Counted from the first letter of the stretch, positions 26,609-36,028 are shown. The stretch is DNA of 36,028 bases from Chthoniobacteraceae bacterium (GCA_031409335.1 JANNWY010000203.1:1-36028); one strand, 5' to 3'. Notes: a model not told the origin generated them from the letters alone. Numbers and translations are program-made.

Positions 26609-27133
26609 ATGAATCCCTGGCTGCGCTATTCGCTCGCTCCCGCTGCGCTGATCGGCACGCCGATCGCCGGTCACGCGATCGTTTATCTCAATGTGCAGCA
26701 GGCCCAGCAGGCGATCTTTGGCGGCGCGGGGATGTCGCCCGCGACCGTGTCGCTTTCGGCGGAGCAAAAGAAAGCGGTGCAGGCGGCGAGCGGCGTGCGG
26801 CAGCGGTCGGATTCGGTGAAAGTGTGGCGCGTCGCGGGCGGCGGGTGGTTCATCGTGGATGAAGTGCTGGGCAAACATGAGTTCATCACCATCGCGGTGG
26901 GGCTGACGGCGGGCGGCGCGGTGAAGGGCGTCGAGGTGATGGAATATCGTGAGACCTACGGTGATCAGGTGCGCGCTCCGAAATGGCGCGCGCAATTTCA
27001 CGGCAAGGTGAAGGGCGCGGCGCTGAAGCTGGACGACGACATCAAAAACATCTCGGGCGCGACGCTGAGCTGCCGCCACGTTGCGGAAGGCGTGAAGCGG
27101 CTGCTCGCGGTCCACGACCTCGCGCTGCGGTGA
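26609..27133 (+). CDS. Exported FMN-binding (flavinylation substrate) protein
   Basis: Signal-like N-terminus, GKHEFIT, EYRETYG, and NISGATLS matching the [ST]GA[ST] flavinylation motif. Confidence 0.88.
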   Translation: MNPWLRYSLAPAALIGTPIAGHAIVYLNVQQAQQAIFGGAGMSPATVSLSAEQKKAVQAASGVRQRSDSVKVWRVAGGGWFIVDEVLGKHEFITIAVGLTAGGAVKGVEVMEYRETYGDQVRAPKWRAQFHGKVKGAALKLDDDIKNISGATLSCRHVAEGVKRLLAVHDLALR

Positions 27134-27996
27134 AAAACTTCCACCGCGCTCCGATTCGCCGCGCGCGCCCGCTGCTCGGCACGCTCGTCGATATCGCCGC
27201 GGTCGCGGAGGAAAACGCGGTGCGCGCCGCGTTCGCCGCGGTGGAGGAAGTGCAGCGGCTGATGAGCTATCACGATCCGCTCAGCGAAGTCTCGCGGCTC
27301 AATCGCGAGGCGCATCGCGCGTCGGTGGAAGTGAGCGCGTGGACCGGCGAAGTGCTCGCGCTCGCGCAGCGGCTCGCGTCGGAAAGCGACGGCGCATTCG
27401 ACATCACCGTCGCGCCGCAGCTCGCCGCGATGGGCTACCTCCCGCGCACTCCGGCGAATCGCCGCGGTGAACGCCTTGCCTCGTGGCGCGATCTCGCATT
27501 GCTGCCGGGAAACCGCGTCTTCTTCAAACGCCCGCTGCACCTCGATCTCGGCGGCATCGCCAAAGGTTTCGCCGTCGATCGCGCCGTCGATGCGCTCCTC
27601 GCCGCGGGCGCGGAAAGCGGCTGCGTGAATGCCGGCGGCGATCTCCGCGTCTTCGGCGACGCGCCGCAGACCATCCATCTCCGCCACCCCGCGCACCCCG
27701 GCGCGATGGCCCGCTCGCTCGCGCTCCGCGGTGCCGCCGTCGCCACGTCCTCCGATTATTTTTCCCGCAAACGCTGGCGCGGCGACACCGTCTGCGCGCT
27801 CATCGACGGGCGCACCCGCCACCCCGCCGACGTGCGCCGCAGCGCTTCCGTCATCGCGCCCACGGCCGCCCTCGCCGACGCCCTCACGAAGATCGTCCTC
27901 TTCGCCCCGCCACCGGTTTCAAACGAACTACTCGCTCGCCACAAAGCCGCATGCGTGCTCCTCGATGAAGCCGGTGGAATCCTCCGCGCCGCCTGA
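27130..27996 (+). CDS. apbE: FAD:protein FMN transferase (ApbE family)
   Basis: LGTLV, SEVSRLN, SDGAFDITV, DLGGIAKGFAVD, NAGGD, ATS, ADALT. GTG start overlaps the upstream TGA. Confidence 0.92.
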   Translation: MKNFHRAPIRRARPLLGTLVDIAAVAEENAVRAAFAAVEEVQRLMSYHDPLSEVSRLNREAHRASVEVSAWTGEVLALAQRLASESDGAFDITVAPQLAAMGYLPRTPANRRGERLASWRDLALLPGNRVFFKRPLHLDLGGIAKGFAVDRAVDALLAAGAESGCVNAGGDLRVFGDAPQTIHLRHPAHPGAMARSLALRGAAVATSSDYFSRKRWRGDTVCALIDGRTRHPADVRRSASVIAPTAALADALTKIVLFAPPPVSNELLARHKAACVLLDEAGGILRAA

Positions 27997-28000
27997 TCGC

Positions 28001-28462
28001 ATGTCCCTCCTGCGCCGCCCCGCCGTCCATTTTTCGCGCGCCTGGAAAGGTCTGCTCTACAGCGTCCTGCTCCTCAGCTTCACCACCGGCACCACTTTTT
28101 TCGCGCTCGATCGCTGGTTCGCCGTCACGGATGAATTCGACATCGTGCAAAAGCATCCGCTCCAACCCGTGCTCCTGAAAATCCACGGCGCCAGCGCGAT
28201 GATCGCGATGATCGGCTTCGGCTACATCCTCGCCACGCACGTCCACGCCGCATGGCGCACACATCGGCGGCGCACCAGCGGCCTGCCGCTCATCGGCTGT
28301 TTCGTCCTGCTCGTTCTCAGCGGTTACGGACTTTACTATCTCGGCGATGAAACGTGGCGCGCGCGCATCGCCTGGCTGCACCTCGGCACCGGGCTGGCGC
28401 TGCCGCTCGCGCTCATCGCGCATCTTCTTTCCCGTAGAAAAACCGCCTCTCCCCACCGATGA
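28001..28462 (+). CDS. 4-TM His-rich membrane protein, putative b-type cytochrome
   Basis: His pairs KIHG...ATHV and WLHL...IAHL; SGYGLYY motif. Confidence 0.7.
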   Translation: MSLLRRPAVHFSRAWKGLLYSVLLLSFTTGTTFFALDRWFAVTDEFDIVQKHPLQPVLLKIHGASAMIAMIGFGYILATHVHAAWRTHRRRTSGLPLIGCFVLLVLSGYGLYYLGDETWRARIAWLHLGTGLALPLALIAHLLSRRKTASPHR

Positions 28463-30549
28463 AACGCACCCTGCTCCCGCTGCTTTTTTTCCCGGCCACG
28501 CTTTTCGCGGAAGACCTCGAGCCCGTCATCGTCAGCGCCACGCTCGATGCCACGCATCTCTCCGACGTGCCGTATTCCGCCGCCGCGATCAGCGCGCGCA
28601 CCATCCTCGAACGCTCCTACACCTCGCTCCCCGACGCGCTCCGCGACACGCCCGGCATCCACGTCCCACGCACCGCGCCCGGCCAGAGCAGCCCGGTCAT
28701 TCGCGGCTTCACCGGCTTTCGCAATCTGCTGCTCATCGACGGCATCCGGCTGAACAACTCCGTCTTCCGCGAAGGCGCGAATCAATACTGGGCCACGGTC
28801 GATCCGTTCATGGTCGATCGCATCGAGGCGGTGAAAAGTTCGTCGTCCGTGCTCTTCGGCAGCGATGCCATCGGCGGCGCGGTCACTGCCTTCACCAAAT
28901 CGGCCTACGCGCCCGACGGCACGCCCGCGCGCGCTTTTTACAGCACGGGCGAAATCGGCTACCGCTGGGCCAGCGGCGACCAGAGCCACACCGCGCACAC
29001 CGAGGCCAGTCTCGGCCAGTCGGGCTTGTGGGGAATTCGCTTCGGTTTTTCGCCGCTCAGCGTCGGGAATATCCGCGCCGCCGGGCTCGGCGAGCAATCG
29101 CACACCGGCTACGACGGCCTGAATTTCGACGCCAAACTCGACCTCGATCTCACGCCGAAAGCGCGCCTCACCTTCGCGTATCAGCAGACCGATCTGAACG
29201 ACATCTGGCGCACCCACAGCACGATCTACGCGGAAAGTTACGGGGGCACCGCGCCTGGCACCGACCGCGAGCGCATCCTCGATCAGCGCCGCCAGCTCGC
29301 CTATGCGCAGCTCGCGCTCATCGAACCGGCGGACTGGTTGAACAGCCTGCGCTTCAGTTTTTCGTGGCATCGCCAGGGCGAGTGGCAGGATCGCTTGCGC
29401 GGAAACAAACGGCGCGATCTGTCCGAGTTCACCGTCGATACACTCGGCCTCTGGTTTCAAGGCGACGCCGCCAACACGCCCATCGGCGACATCGGATTCG
29501 GCGCGAGTTTTTACCGCGACTACGTGGACTCCGCGGCCTACGGCTTCGACGAAAATGACGCGTCGCGCGGCCGCGAAATCCAAGGCCCCGTCGGCGACGA
29601 CGCCACCTACGATCAGTTCGCCGTCTTTGTGCAGGACAAGATCGCGCTCGGTCGCGACCTCGATCTTTACCTTGGCGCGCGCTACACCCACATCGCCGCC
29701 GACATCGGTCGTCTCGAAGATCCCGACACCGGCCTCGCCACGAGTTACGCGAACGATTGGGATAACGTCGTCGCCAACGCCCGCCTGCTCTGGCGCGCAA
29801 CTGGCGACGAACGCCTGCACCTTTACGGCGGAGTCGCGCAAGGCTTCCGCGCACCGAATCTCTCCGACATCTCGCGCTCTGATTCCGCGCGTTCCGACGA
29901 ACGCCAAATCCCCGCGCTCGCACTCGACCCCGAGCGTTATCTGACTTTGGAAATCGGCGCGCGCACCCAGTTCGGCCCAGTGCAGGCGAGCGTGTCGTAT
30001 TACTACACGGTCATCGAAGACCAAATCATCCGCACGCCCACCGGAGCCGTCGTGGATGACGAGCGCATCGTCACCAAACGCAACTCCGGCGAAGGCCACG
30101 TGCAAGGCATCGAAGCCGACGCCTCGTGGCGTTTCGCGCAAGGCTGGAAGCTCTTCGGCCACCTCGCCTGGACCGACGGCGCACTCGACCAATACCCCGC
30201 CGCCGACCAGCGCATCGTCCGCGAACCCATCAGCCGACTCATCCCCTTCATCGGCCAGATCGGTCTCCGCTGGGAACCCACCAGCACGCTTTCCCTCGAA
30301 GTCGTCGGCACCGGAGCCACGCGCGCCGACCAGCTCAACAGCGCCGACCGCGCCGACACCGAACGCTTCCCACCCGACGGCACGCCCGGTTGGTTCACCG
30401 TCGATCTCCGCGCCAACTGGCAGGCCCGCCAAAACCTGCACCTCACCGCCGCGCTCGAGAATGTAACGAACACCGAATACCGCCACCACAGCTCCGGCTC
30501 GAACCAGCCCGGCACCAGCTTCATCCTCGGCGCACAGGTGAAGTTTTAG
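28459..30549 (+). CDS. TonB-dependent receptor
   Basis: Signal peptide, TonB box VIVSAT, PVIRGF, LIDGIRLN, RIEAVKS..SVLFGSDAIGG, QGFRAPN, ENVTN, C-terminal F. Confidence 0.95.
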   Translation: MKRTLLPLLFFPATLFAEDLEPVIVSATLDATHLSDVPYSAAAISARTILERSYTSLPDALRDTPGIHVPRTAPGQSSPVIRGFTGFRNLLLIDGIRLNNSVFREGANQYWATVDPFMVDRIEAVKSSSSVLFGSDAIGGAVTAFTKSAYAPDGTPARAFYSTGEIGYRWASGDQSHTAHTEASLGQSGLWGIRFGFSPLSVGNIRAAGLGEQSHTGYDGLNFDAKLDLDLTPKARLTFAYQQTDLNDIWRTHSTIYAESYGGTAPGTDRERILDQRRQLAYAQLALIEPADWLNSLRFSFSWHRQGEWQDRLRGNKRRDLSEFTVDTLGLWFQGDAANTPIGDIGFGASFYRDYVDSAAYGFDENDASRGREIQGPVGDDATYDQFAVFVQDKIALGRDLDLYLGARYTHIAADIGRLEDPDTGLATSYANDWDNVVANARLLWRATGDERLHLYGGVAQGFRAPNLSDISRSDSARSDERQIPALALDPERYLTLEIGARTQFGPVQASVSYYYTVIEDQIIRTPTGAVVDDERIVTKRNSGEGHVQGIEADASWRFAQGWKLFGHLAWTDGALDQYPAADQRIVREPISRLIPFIGQIGLRWEPTSTLSLEVVGTGATRADQLNSADRADTERFPPDGTPGWFTVDLRANWQARQNLHLTAALENVTNTEYRHHSSGSNQPGTSFILGAQVKF

Positions 30550-30584
30550 CCTCGCCGTCGTGACCCGACGGACCGCGGACTGTA

Positions 30585-31826
30585 TCACTCGTATCGTAAC
30601 GATTCGATCGGATCGAGGTTGGCCGCTTTGTAGGCGGGGTAGCTGCCGAAGACGATGCCGATCAGCGAGCAGATGACGAGGCCGATGATGGCCCAATCGA
30701 CCGGGAAGGCTGGCGGGAGCTTGAGCAGATAGACGGCCAGCGCGTTTGCTCCCGCCATTCCCAGCGCGACGCCGAGCACCCCGCCGATCTCGCAGAGCAC
30801 CACCGCTTCCATGATGAATTGCGTCATGATGTTGCGCTTCTTCGCGCCGATCGCGCGGCGGATGCCGATCTCGCGGGTGCGCTCGGTCACGGAGACCAGC
30901 ATGATGTTCATGATGCCGACGCCCGCCGCGATGAGCGCGATGGAGCTGACCAGCGCGAGGCCCGTGCGCACGGCGAAGGTGACTTTGGCAAACTGCGCGA
31001 TCATCGAGTCGCTGGAGAGCATCTCGAAGTCGTCTTCCAGACCGGGCGGGACTTTGCGGATGGAGCGCAGCAGGCCACGCGACTGCTCCATCGTGTCGGC
31101 GAAAGCGGCGTCGCTCGCCGCTTGCACGAGGATTTCCGTGTCGCGCAGGCGGCCGTAGCGATTGAGCGCGGTGGTGATCGGGATGGCGGCGACGCCGCGC
31201 GCGTTGTCGTCGGAGCCGGTGCGGTCGAAGACGCCGACGACGGTGTAATTGATCGCCGCGATCTTAATCCGCCCACCGACCGCGGAGCCGCGCGGGTACA
31301 AAGTCTTCGCGACTCCGGCGCTGAGCACGCAGACATCGCGCGCCGATTCCACATCAGAATCGAGGATCGCGCGACCATCGGTGAGCGACCAATTCGACGC
31401 CTGGAAAACGCCCGCCGTGACGCCTTCGATGGAGACGTTTGGCGGCGTCTTTTGTGTCTGCGAAGCAACTTCGCTCATCGTGATCGAAGCATGGATGCCA
31501 ACGTAGGGTGCGAAGTCCGCCTTCTCCTGAAACTTCCTGGCCTGCGCATAGGTGAGGTCTTTTCGCCGCAGGAATTTCATGAAGCCTTCCGGCCCGCCGA
31601 AATACGCGCCGGGCATTTTTTGCATCGCGAAGCTTTTGCTGCCGAGCGCGCCGAGATTGCTCTCGATGTTGTTCTTCATCGCGCGCATCGCGGTCATCAC
31701 GAGGATGATCGAAAACACGCCGACGAGCACGCCAAGCAGCGTGAGCCCGGAGCGCAGCTTGTGGCTGGCGATGGCGCTGAGGGCCATGCGGAAACTTTCG
31801 CTGAGTTCGGCGAGGAGGCGTTTCAT
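30585..31826 (-). CDS. MacB/FtsX-family ABC transporter permease
   Basis: KLRSGLTLLG, GVGIMNIMLVSVTERTREIGIRRAIGA, PAYKAANLDPIESLRYE. Confidence 0.93.
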   Translation of the reverse strand: MKRLLAELSESFRMALSAIASHKLRSGLTLLGVLVGVFSIILVMTAMRAMKNNIESNLGALGSKSFAMQKMPGAYFGGPEGFMKFLRRKDLTYAQARKFQEKADFAPYVGIHASITMSEVASQTQKTPPNVSIEGVTAGVFQASNWSLTDGRAILDSDVESARDVCVLSAGVAKTLYPRGSAVGGRIKIAAINYTVVGVFDRTGSDDNARGVAAIPITTALNRYGRLRDTEILVQAASDAAFADTMEQSRGLLRSIRKVPPGLEDDFEMLSSDSMIAQFAKVTFAVRTGLALVSSIALIAAGVGIMNIMLVSVTERTREIGIRRAIGAKKRNIMTQFIMEAVVLCEIGGVLGVALGMAGANALAVYLLKLPPAFPVDWAIIGLVICSLIGIVFGSYPAYKAANLDPIESLRYE

Positions 31827-33062
31827 CTATTCATTTCTCAAGGCATCCACCGGGCTCATCCGCGCGGCGCGCCACGCGGGGAGGAAGCCGGAGACGACAC
31901 CCGTCACGATGGCGACCGCGAGCGCGATCAGAATCACGGATGGTGAAAGCGCGATGCGCGGCATGTAGTTCCGCGCAATGGCGACCATGCCGGCGGCGAT
32001 GAGCAGCGCGATGGCTCCGCCGAGCAGGCAGATGCTCGCGGCTTCAATGAGAAATTGCAGCAGGATCGTCCGCCGTTTCGCGCCGATCGCTTTGCGGATG
32101 CCGATCTCGTGGGTGCGCTCGGCCACGGAGACGAACATGATATTCATGATGCCGATCCCGCCGACGAAAAGCGAAAGGCCCGTGATGAAAAAGCCGGCGG
32201 TCGCGATGACGGCGGAGACTTTTTTGAACTGATTGAGAAGCTGCTCCTGCTGATTGATCGCGAAGTCGTCGTCCACGCCAGGCGGCACTCGGCGGACTTT
32301 CCGCATCAGCCCGCGCAGTTCGTCGCGCGCAGCCTCGACCCGCGAAGGATCGCTCACTTTCACCTGGATCGTGCAGCTCGGATCCCAGCGGAATCCACGG
32401 AACATTTTTCCGATCGGGATGATGACCTGATTGTCGAGGCTCATCTGCCCGAGCACGCTGCCGCGCTTTTCCAGCACGCCGATGACTTCGAGCGATTCAT
32501 TGGCGAGGCGGATTTTTTGGCCGAGCGGCGATTCGTTGAGGAAAAGTTTTTCCGCAATCTCCGAACCGACCACGCAGAGGTCGCGATTGCCACCCGCCTC
32601 CATCTCCGTCAGGAAGCGCCCGGCGGCGAGCGTGACTCCGCCCGTCGTCAGGAAATGTTCATTCGTGCCGATCAGCATCACCATGCTGGAACTGCGATTT
32701 TTGAAACGCACGGACTCGATCCCGTGCATCACCGTCGGCGTCACGCCGCTCGCCAGCGTCATCCCCCGCTCGACCGCGCGCACTTGCGCCAGCGTTATTT
32801 TTCCGCGCTTCGCCGCCGCGTCCCAGCGCCGGTCGGAGTCGATGAACCACTCGCGCTGATCCACATAAAGCACATCCGTCCCGATGAAGGAAATCGCATC
32901 GCGAAACGCGCCGTTCAATCCTTCCATCGCCGTCGCCATCAGCGTCACCGTAAGGATGCCGATGACGATCCCAGTCGTCGTGAGCACCGAACGCAGCATA
33001 TTCCCGCGGATCGCCTCGCCCGAGATGCGCGCCCCTTCTTTGATCTCGGAAAATAGGTTCAT
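31827..33062 (-). CDS. MacB/FtsX-family ABC transporter permease
   Basis: LRSVLTTTGI, GGIGIMNIMFVSVAERTHEIGIRKAIGA, PAWRAARMSPVDALRNE. Start at ATG 33062. Confidence 0.93.
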   Translation of the reverse strand: MNLFSEIKEGARISGEAIRGNMLRSVLTTTGIVIGILTVTLMATAMEGLNGAFRDAISFIGTDVLYVDQREWFIDSDRRWDAAAKRGKITLAQVRAVERGMTLASGVTPTVMHGIESVRFKNRSSSMVMLIGTNEHFLTTGGVTLAAGRFLTEMEAGGNRDLCVVGSEIAEKLFLNESPLGQKIRLANESLEVIGVLEKRGSVLGQMSLDNQVIIPIGKMFRGFRWDPSCTIQVKVSDPSRVEAARDELRGLMRKVRRVPPGVDDDFAINQQEQLLNQFKKVSAVIATAGFFITGLSLFVGGIGIMNIMFVSVAERTHEIGIRKAIGAKRRTILLQFLIEAASICLLGGAIALLIAAGMVAIARNYMPRIALSPSVILIALAVAIVTGVVSGFLPAWRAARMSPVDALRNE

Positions 33063-33194
33063 GCGGTGAAAGACGCCACGGGGGCGTAACCCGCTACACA
33101 CCTTCCGGCAATTTCAAAGGCGGAACTGGCGCGTGCGCTCCCCATTCACCATCGCGCTTGCGCCGCCCCGCGACCGCGCTTTAATGAGCGCCCC

Positions 33195-33728
33195 ATGTCG
33201 CTTCGCCATCTATTCATCGCATTCGTCCTCACCGTTCCCGTCCTTTCCCGCGCGGAAGATCCGTCCACGTTTCCGGTCGGCGGCGTCACCTTCACGCGGC
33301 CCGCCGATTGGAAATGGGTCGCGGTCAATTCCCCCATGCGCAAAGCGCAACTCCAAGTCCCTGGCACCGACGCCGCGAAGTCCGCGGACATCACTTTTTT
33401 CCACTTCGGCGAAGGCGGCGCGGGTGGCATCGAGGCGAATGCCCAGCGCTGGCTCAAGCAATTCACCGGCAAGGCTGGCGCGGAAAAGATCGAGCCCCAG
33501 GAAATCGCTGGCGTGAAAGTGACGCTCGTTTCCACCGAAGGCACCTTCTCCAGCGGGATGCCTGGCGGTGAGGCGAAGCCGATGGAAAACCACGCGCTCC
33601 TCGGCGCGATGATCGACAACCCCGGCGGTTTGGTTTTCGTGAAGATGACTGGCCCGATCGAGACGGTGAAAGGCACTCGCGAAAAATTCATCGAGTTCCT
33701 CAAAACTGCGATCAGCGCAAAGAAGTAA
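33195..33728 (+). CDS. Exported hypothetical protein
   Basis: Signal peptide ending SRA-ED. Motifs SPMRKAQ, GGIEANAQRWLKQF, FVKMTGP. Host-like codon usage. Confidence 0.8.
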   Translation: MSLRHLFIAFVLTVPVLSRAEDPSTFPVGGVTFTRPADWKWVAVNSPMRKAQLQVPGTDAAKSADITFFHFGEGGAGGIEANAQRWLKQFTGKAGAEKIEPQEIAGVKVTLVSTEGTFSSGMPGGEAKPMENHALLGAMIDNPGGLVFVKMTGPIETVKGTREKFIEFLKTAISAKK

Positions 33729-33766
33729 GTCCCCTGCCCCACCGCCCGTCACGCCGTCGCGACTCG

Positions 33767-34129
33767 ATGAGTTATTTTGTCACGTCCTTCATTTCGATCC
33801 TGCATTTCGTCAGCGAGGATCTTCTCCAGTGCGATGCGACGACGGCGATCGGCGAGCTGTTCTGCGATGAATTCGACGACCTTGATTTCGAGCTGGCACT
33901 GAGCTGTTTCGAGGCCACGCACAAAGTCGCCTTTCACGACCGGCTGTGGGAGATCGACCCCGAGGACTACGAGGATTTGAACATTGAGGAATTCATCGAG
34001 CAATTCGTCAACGGCGCCGAGCAGCGTGACCCACTTTTCGTTACGAAACGCTTCTTGATGTACCAGGATTCGCTCACCAAAGCGCTCGCCGACGAACAAA
34101 ACGAGCCGCCGCCGGACGAGGAATACTGA
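33767..34129 (+). CDS. Small acidic hypothetical protein, possibly ACP-like
   Basis: 120 aa, Asp/Glu-rich, host-like codons. Confidence 0.7.
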   Translation: MSYFVTSFISILHFVSEDLLQCDATTAIGELFCDEFDDLDFELALSCFEATHKVAFHDRLWEIDPEDYEDLNIEEFIEQFVNGAEQRDPLFVTKRFLMYQDSLTKALADEQNEPPPDEEY

Positions 34130-34159
34130 GCGGCCGCGGAAAGGAAGGCGCGCCGCGAT

Positions 34160-36028
34160 TCAGGGAACGATCTTCACTTTGTAAAACTTGATCGCCCCGC
34201 CGCCCGCGGGATCGAGCCATCCCGTCGTCGGGCCGCTCGCGGTGATCGGCGTTGGTCCGCTGATATTCGTGAAAGCAAGCGCGAGATTCGGCGTTGCGAG
34301 GACTTCGTATTTCACGCCTGACACGCTGCTCCACGTGAGTTGCACGCCGTTCGCATTCGGGCGGGCGACGGTGACGATGCGGAAGAGCGACGCGGGATCG
34401 AGCGGGTTGGTTTGCGCGAGGTCTTCGGCGTCGTTGCGCGCGCCGTCGCCGTCGCGGTCCGCAGCGGGATCGAGCACGAGCGTTCCGGCGGCGCTGTTGC
34501 TGGCAGCGGTGCTCTCGATGCCCGCGTTATTCACGGCGCGCACGGAGGCGTAAAGCGTCTGGTCGAAGGCGGCGGTGACGGTCTTGCTGGTGGTGCTCAC
34601 GATGCCATCGAAAATCACGCTGCCCGTACCGCCGGGGCCAGTGGTGATGAGGACGTGATAGCCAGCGATGCCGCCTTCACTGTCGGTCGCGCCGGTCCAG
34701 GAAAACGTGACCTGTGTTCCGATGGCATACGCTTTTGGCGTGGATGGAATGCCCGTCGCGGGCGGCGGTGTCACGTCGTAGAGCTTGAGGTATTGCGCCT
34801 CGTACGGCGCAGTGGCCCAGGCGGCGTCGGTCGTGGGGACGCGATTCAGCGCGACGAAAAATCCCTGCCCGAGCAGGTCGCTGCCGAGGATGCCGCCGGG
34901 GATCAGGAAAGTGTCGCGGCGCGTCGGATCGGTGCCGAGGTACGCGGCGATGTTCTTCACGTTGTAGCGACGCGCGGGCTTGAGGCCAAAGTCGTTCACG
35001 CCGTTCGCGTCGGTGTCGATGTTCACGTTGAACTTGTTCGCACCGATCGTTTGCGGGCTGGCGTTGCGGTCGAGATTCGCGAAGCAGAGGACGGTGTCGG
35101 AGAAATTCGGCGCGGCGTTTCGCGTCTCGAATTTTGCGACGGAGAAGATCTGCCCTTGCTGCGTGGTGTCGTTGAGATTGAGGAAAAAGCGATTCGACGA
35201 ACGCAACGCGGCGCTGAATTTCCGCGCCTGGCCGATACCGGAATAGACGGCGGAAAGCTGCGCGAGGCCGTAGTTGAAGGTGCCGTGGCCGGGCTGCGTT
35301 TTCAGCCAGAGCGGCATGAGCGAGTTGTATTTTTTGAAGTGCGGGATGGGTTTGCCAAAGTTCGTTTCGTAGCGGTCGTAGCCGAACGGCGTGATGCCGC
35401 CCTGGGTGTCGCCCGGCGGCACGACCGCGCCGCTGAGGCCGAGTTCCTGGCCGGGGAAAATGAGCGGCACGCCATCAATGCACGAGTTTGCCGCGAAGCG
35501 GATGAGCGCATGAAAAGGGTCTTGGTAATGGTCTTCGTCGTGCGAACTGGAATTGAGCAGCACGAGCGCCTGGCCGTAGGCGTTGCGGCGCGTGTCGTGG
35601 ATGTTGCGGTAGTCGTTCGTCGTCTGCGCGGCGTGCAGCGGGAAGACGATGTTCTCATTCAAAATATCGAAGTGCCGCCCGCTGCGATACGTGACCGCGC
35701 CGCCATCGAGCGACTCGGCCATGAAGATGAAGTTCCATTTCCGCGCGCGGGTTTTGTTGATGATGTATTCCCAGCACTGCGGTGGCAGCCCCTGGCCAAA
35801 GTCGGCGCGCAGGGCGTCGATGCCGGCGTCCGAGTCGAGCGACGCGCCCGCCGCGTTCGCGGGATAGCCGGTTTGCGTGAGCCAGTGGAGCGTGTAGGCG
35901 GCGAAGTATTTCCAGACCTTGTGCGTGAGCGCGTCGAAGTGTCCGTCGCCCGCCGTGTTTTCATTCCCGATCGAGTAGTCGAACCAGTCGCCTTCATTCG
36001 TAAAGCCGCCGGTCGAGCCCGAGACGAG
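34160..36028 (-). CDS. GH13 (alpha-amylase family) enzyme with FN3-like and C-terminal accessory domains, 5'-truncated by the window edge
   Basis: Frame is open to 36028. Catalytic regions GIDALRADFGQG, FMAES, SSHDE. C-terminal DRDGDG..E..TNPLDP and W.S..G..Y...FYKV modules. Confidence 0.85.
   Translation of the reverse strand, partial: LVSGSTGGFTNEGDWFDYSIGNENTAGDGHFDALTHKVWKYFAAYTLHWLTQTGYPANAAGASLDSDAGIDALRADFGQGLPPQCWEYIINKTRARKWNFIFMAESLDGGAVTYRSGRHFDILNENIVFPLHAAQTTNDYRNIHDTRRNAYGQALVLLNSSSHDEDHYQDPFHALIRFAANSCIDGVPLIFPGQELGLSGAVVPPGDTQGGITPFGYDRYETNFGKPIPHFKKYNSLMPLWLKTQPGHGTFNYGLAQLSAVYSGIGQARKFSAALRSSNRFFLNLNDTTQQGQIFSVAKFETRNAAPNFSDTVLCFANLDRNASPQTIGANKFNVNIDTDANGVNDFGLKPARRYNVKNIAAYLGTDPTRRDTFLIPGGILGSDLLGQGFFVALNRVPTTDAAWATAPYEAQYLKLYDVTPPPATGIPSTPKAYAIGTQVTFSWTGATDSEGGIAGYHVLITTGPGGTGSVIFDGIVSTTSKTVTAAFDQTLYASVRAVNNAGIESTAASNSAAGTLVLDPAADRDGDGARNDAEDLAQTNPLDPASLFRIVTVARPNANGVQLTWSSVSGVKYEVLATPNLALAFTNISGPTPITASGPTTGWLDPAGGGAIKFYKVKIVP

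Overview
GC-rich bacterial chromosome segment. Gene content and repeat style suggest Verrucomicrobiota (Chthoniobacterales-like); this is an inference. Housekeeping genes: 3' part of dxr, rseP, ispG, gatB, pgsA, der. Accessory modules: (1) two paralogous Trp/Ala-repeat proteins between dxr and rseP; (2) a rhodanese-like/IscU/SufT Fe-S mini-cluster; (3) a cyclase-kinase fusion with a low-GC membrane C-terminus; (4) an orphan GT-A-like protein; (5) a putative regulon (membrane protein, winged-helix regulator, IspH, B12-radical SAM, DUF4153-like) marked by three RCTTTG-N5-CAAAGY palindromes; (6) a beta-barrel/FMN-binding/ApbE/cytochrome-b-like/TonB-receptor operon with a Fur-like palindrome; (7) two MacB-type permeases; (8) the 3' part of a GH13 enzyme. 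The most striking non-gene signal is a set of unrelated hairpin elements with arms made of 7-, 9- or 15-nt tandem units, plus REP/MITE-like elements. Four heptamer elements sit in frame inside dxr and ispG and are translated. No rRNA, tRNA, CRISPR array or transposase was seen. All family calls come from motif recognition by eye, not from database searches.
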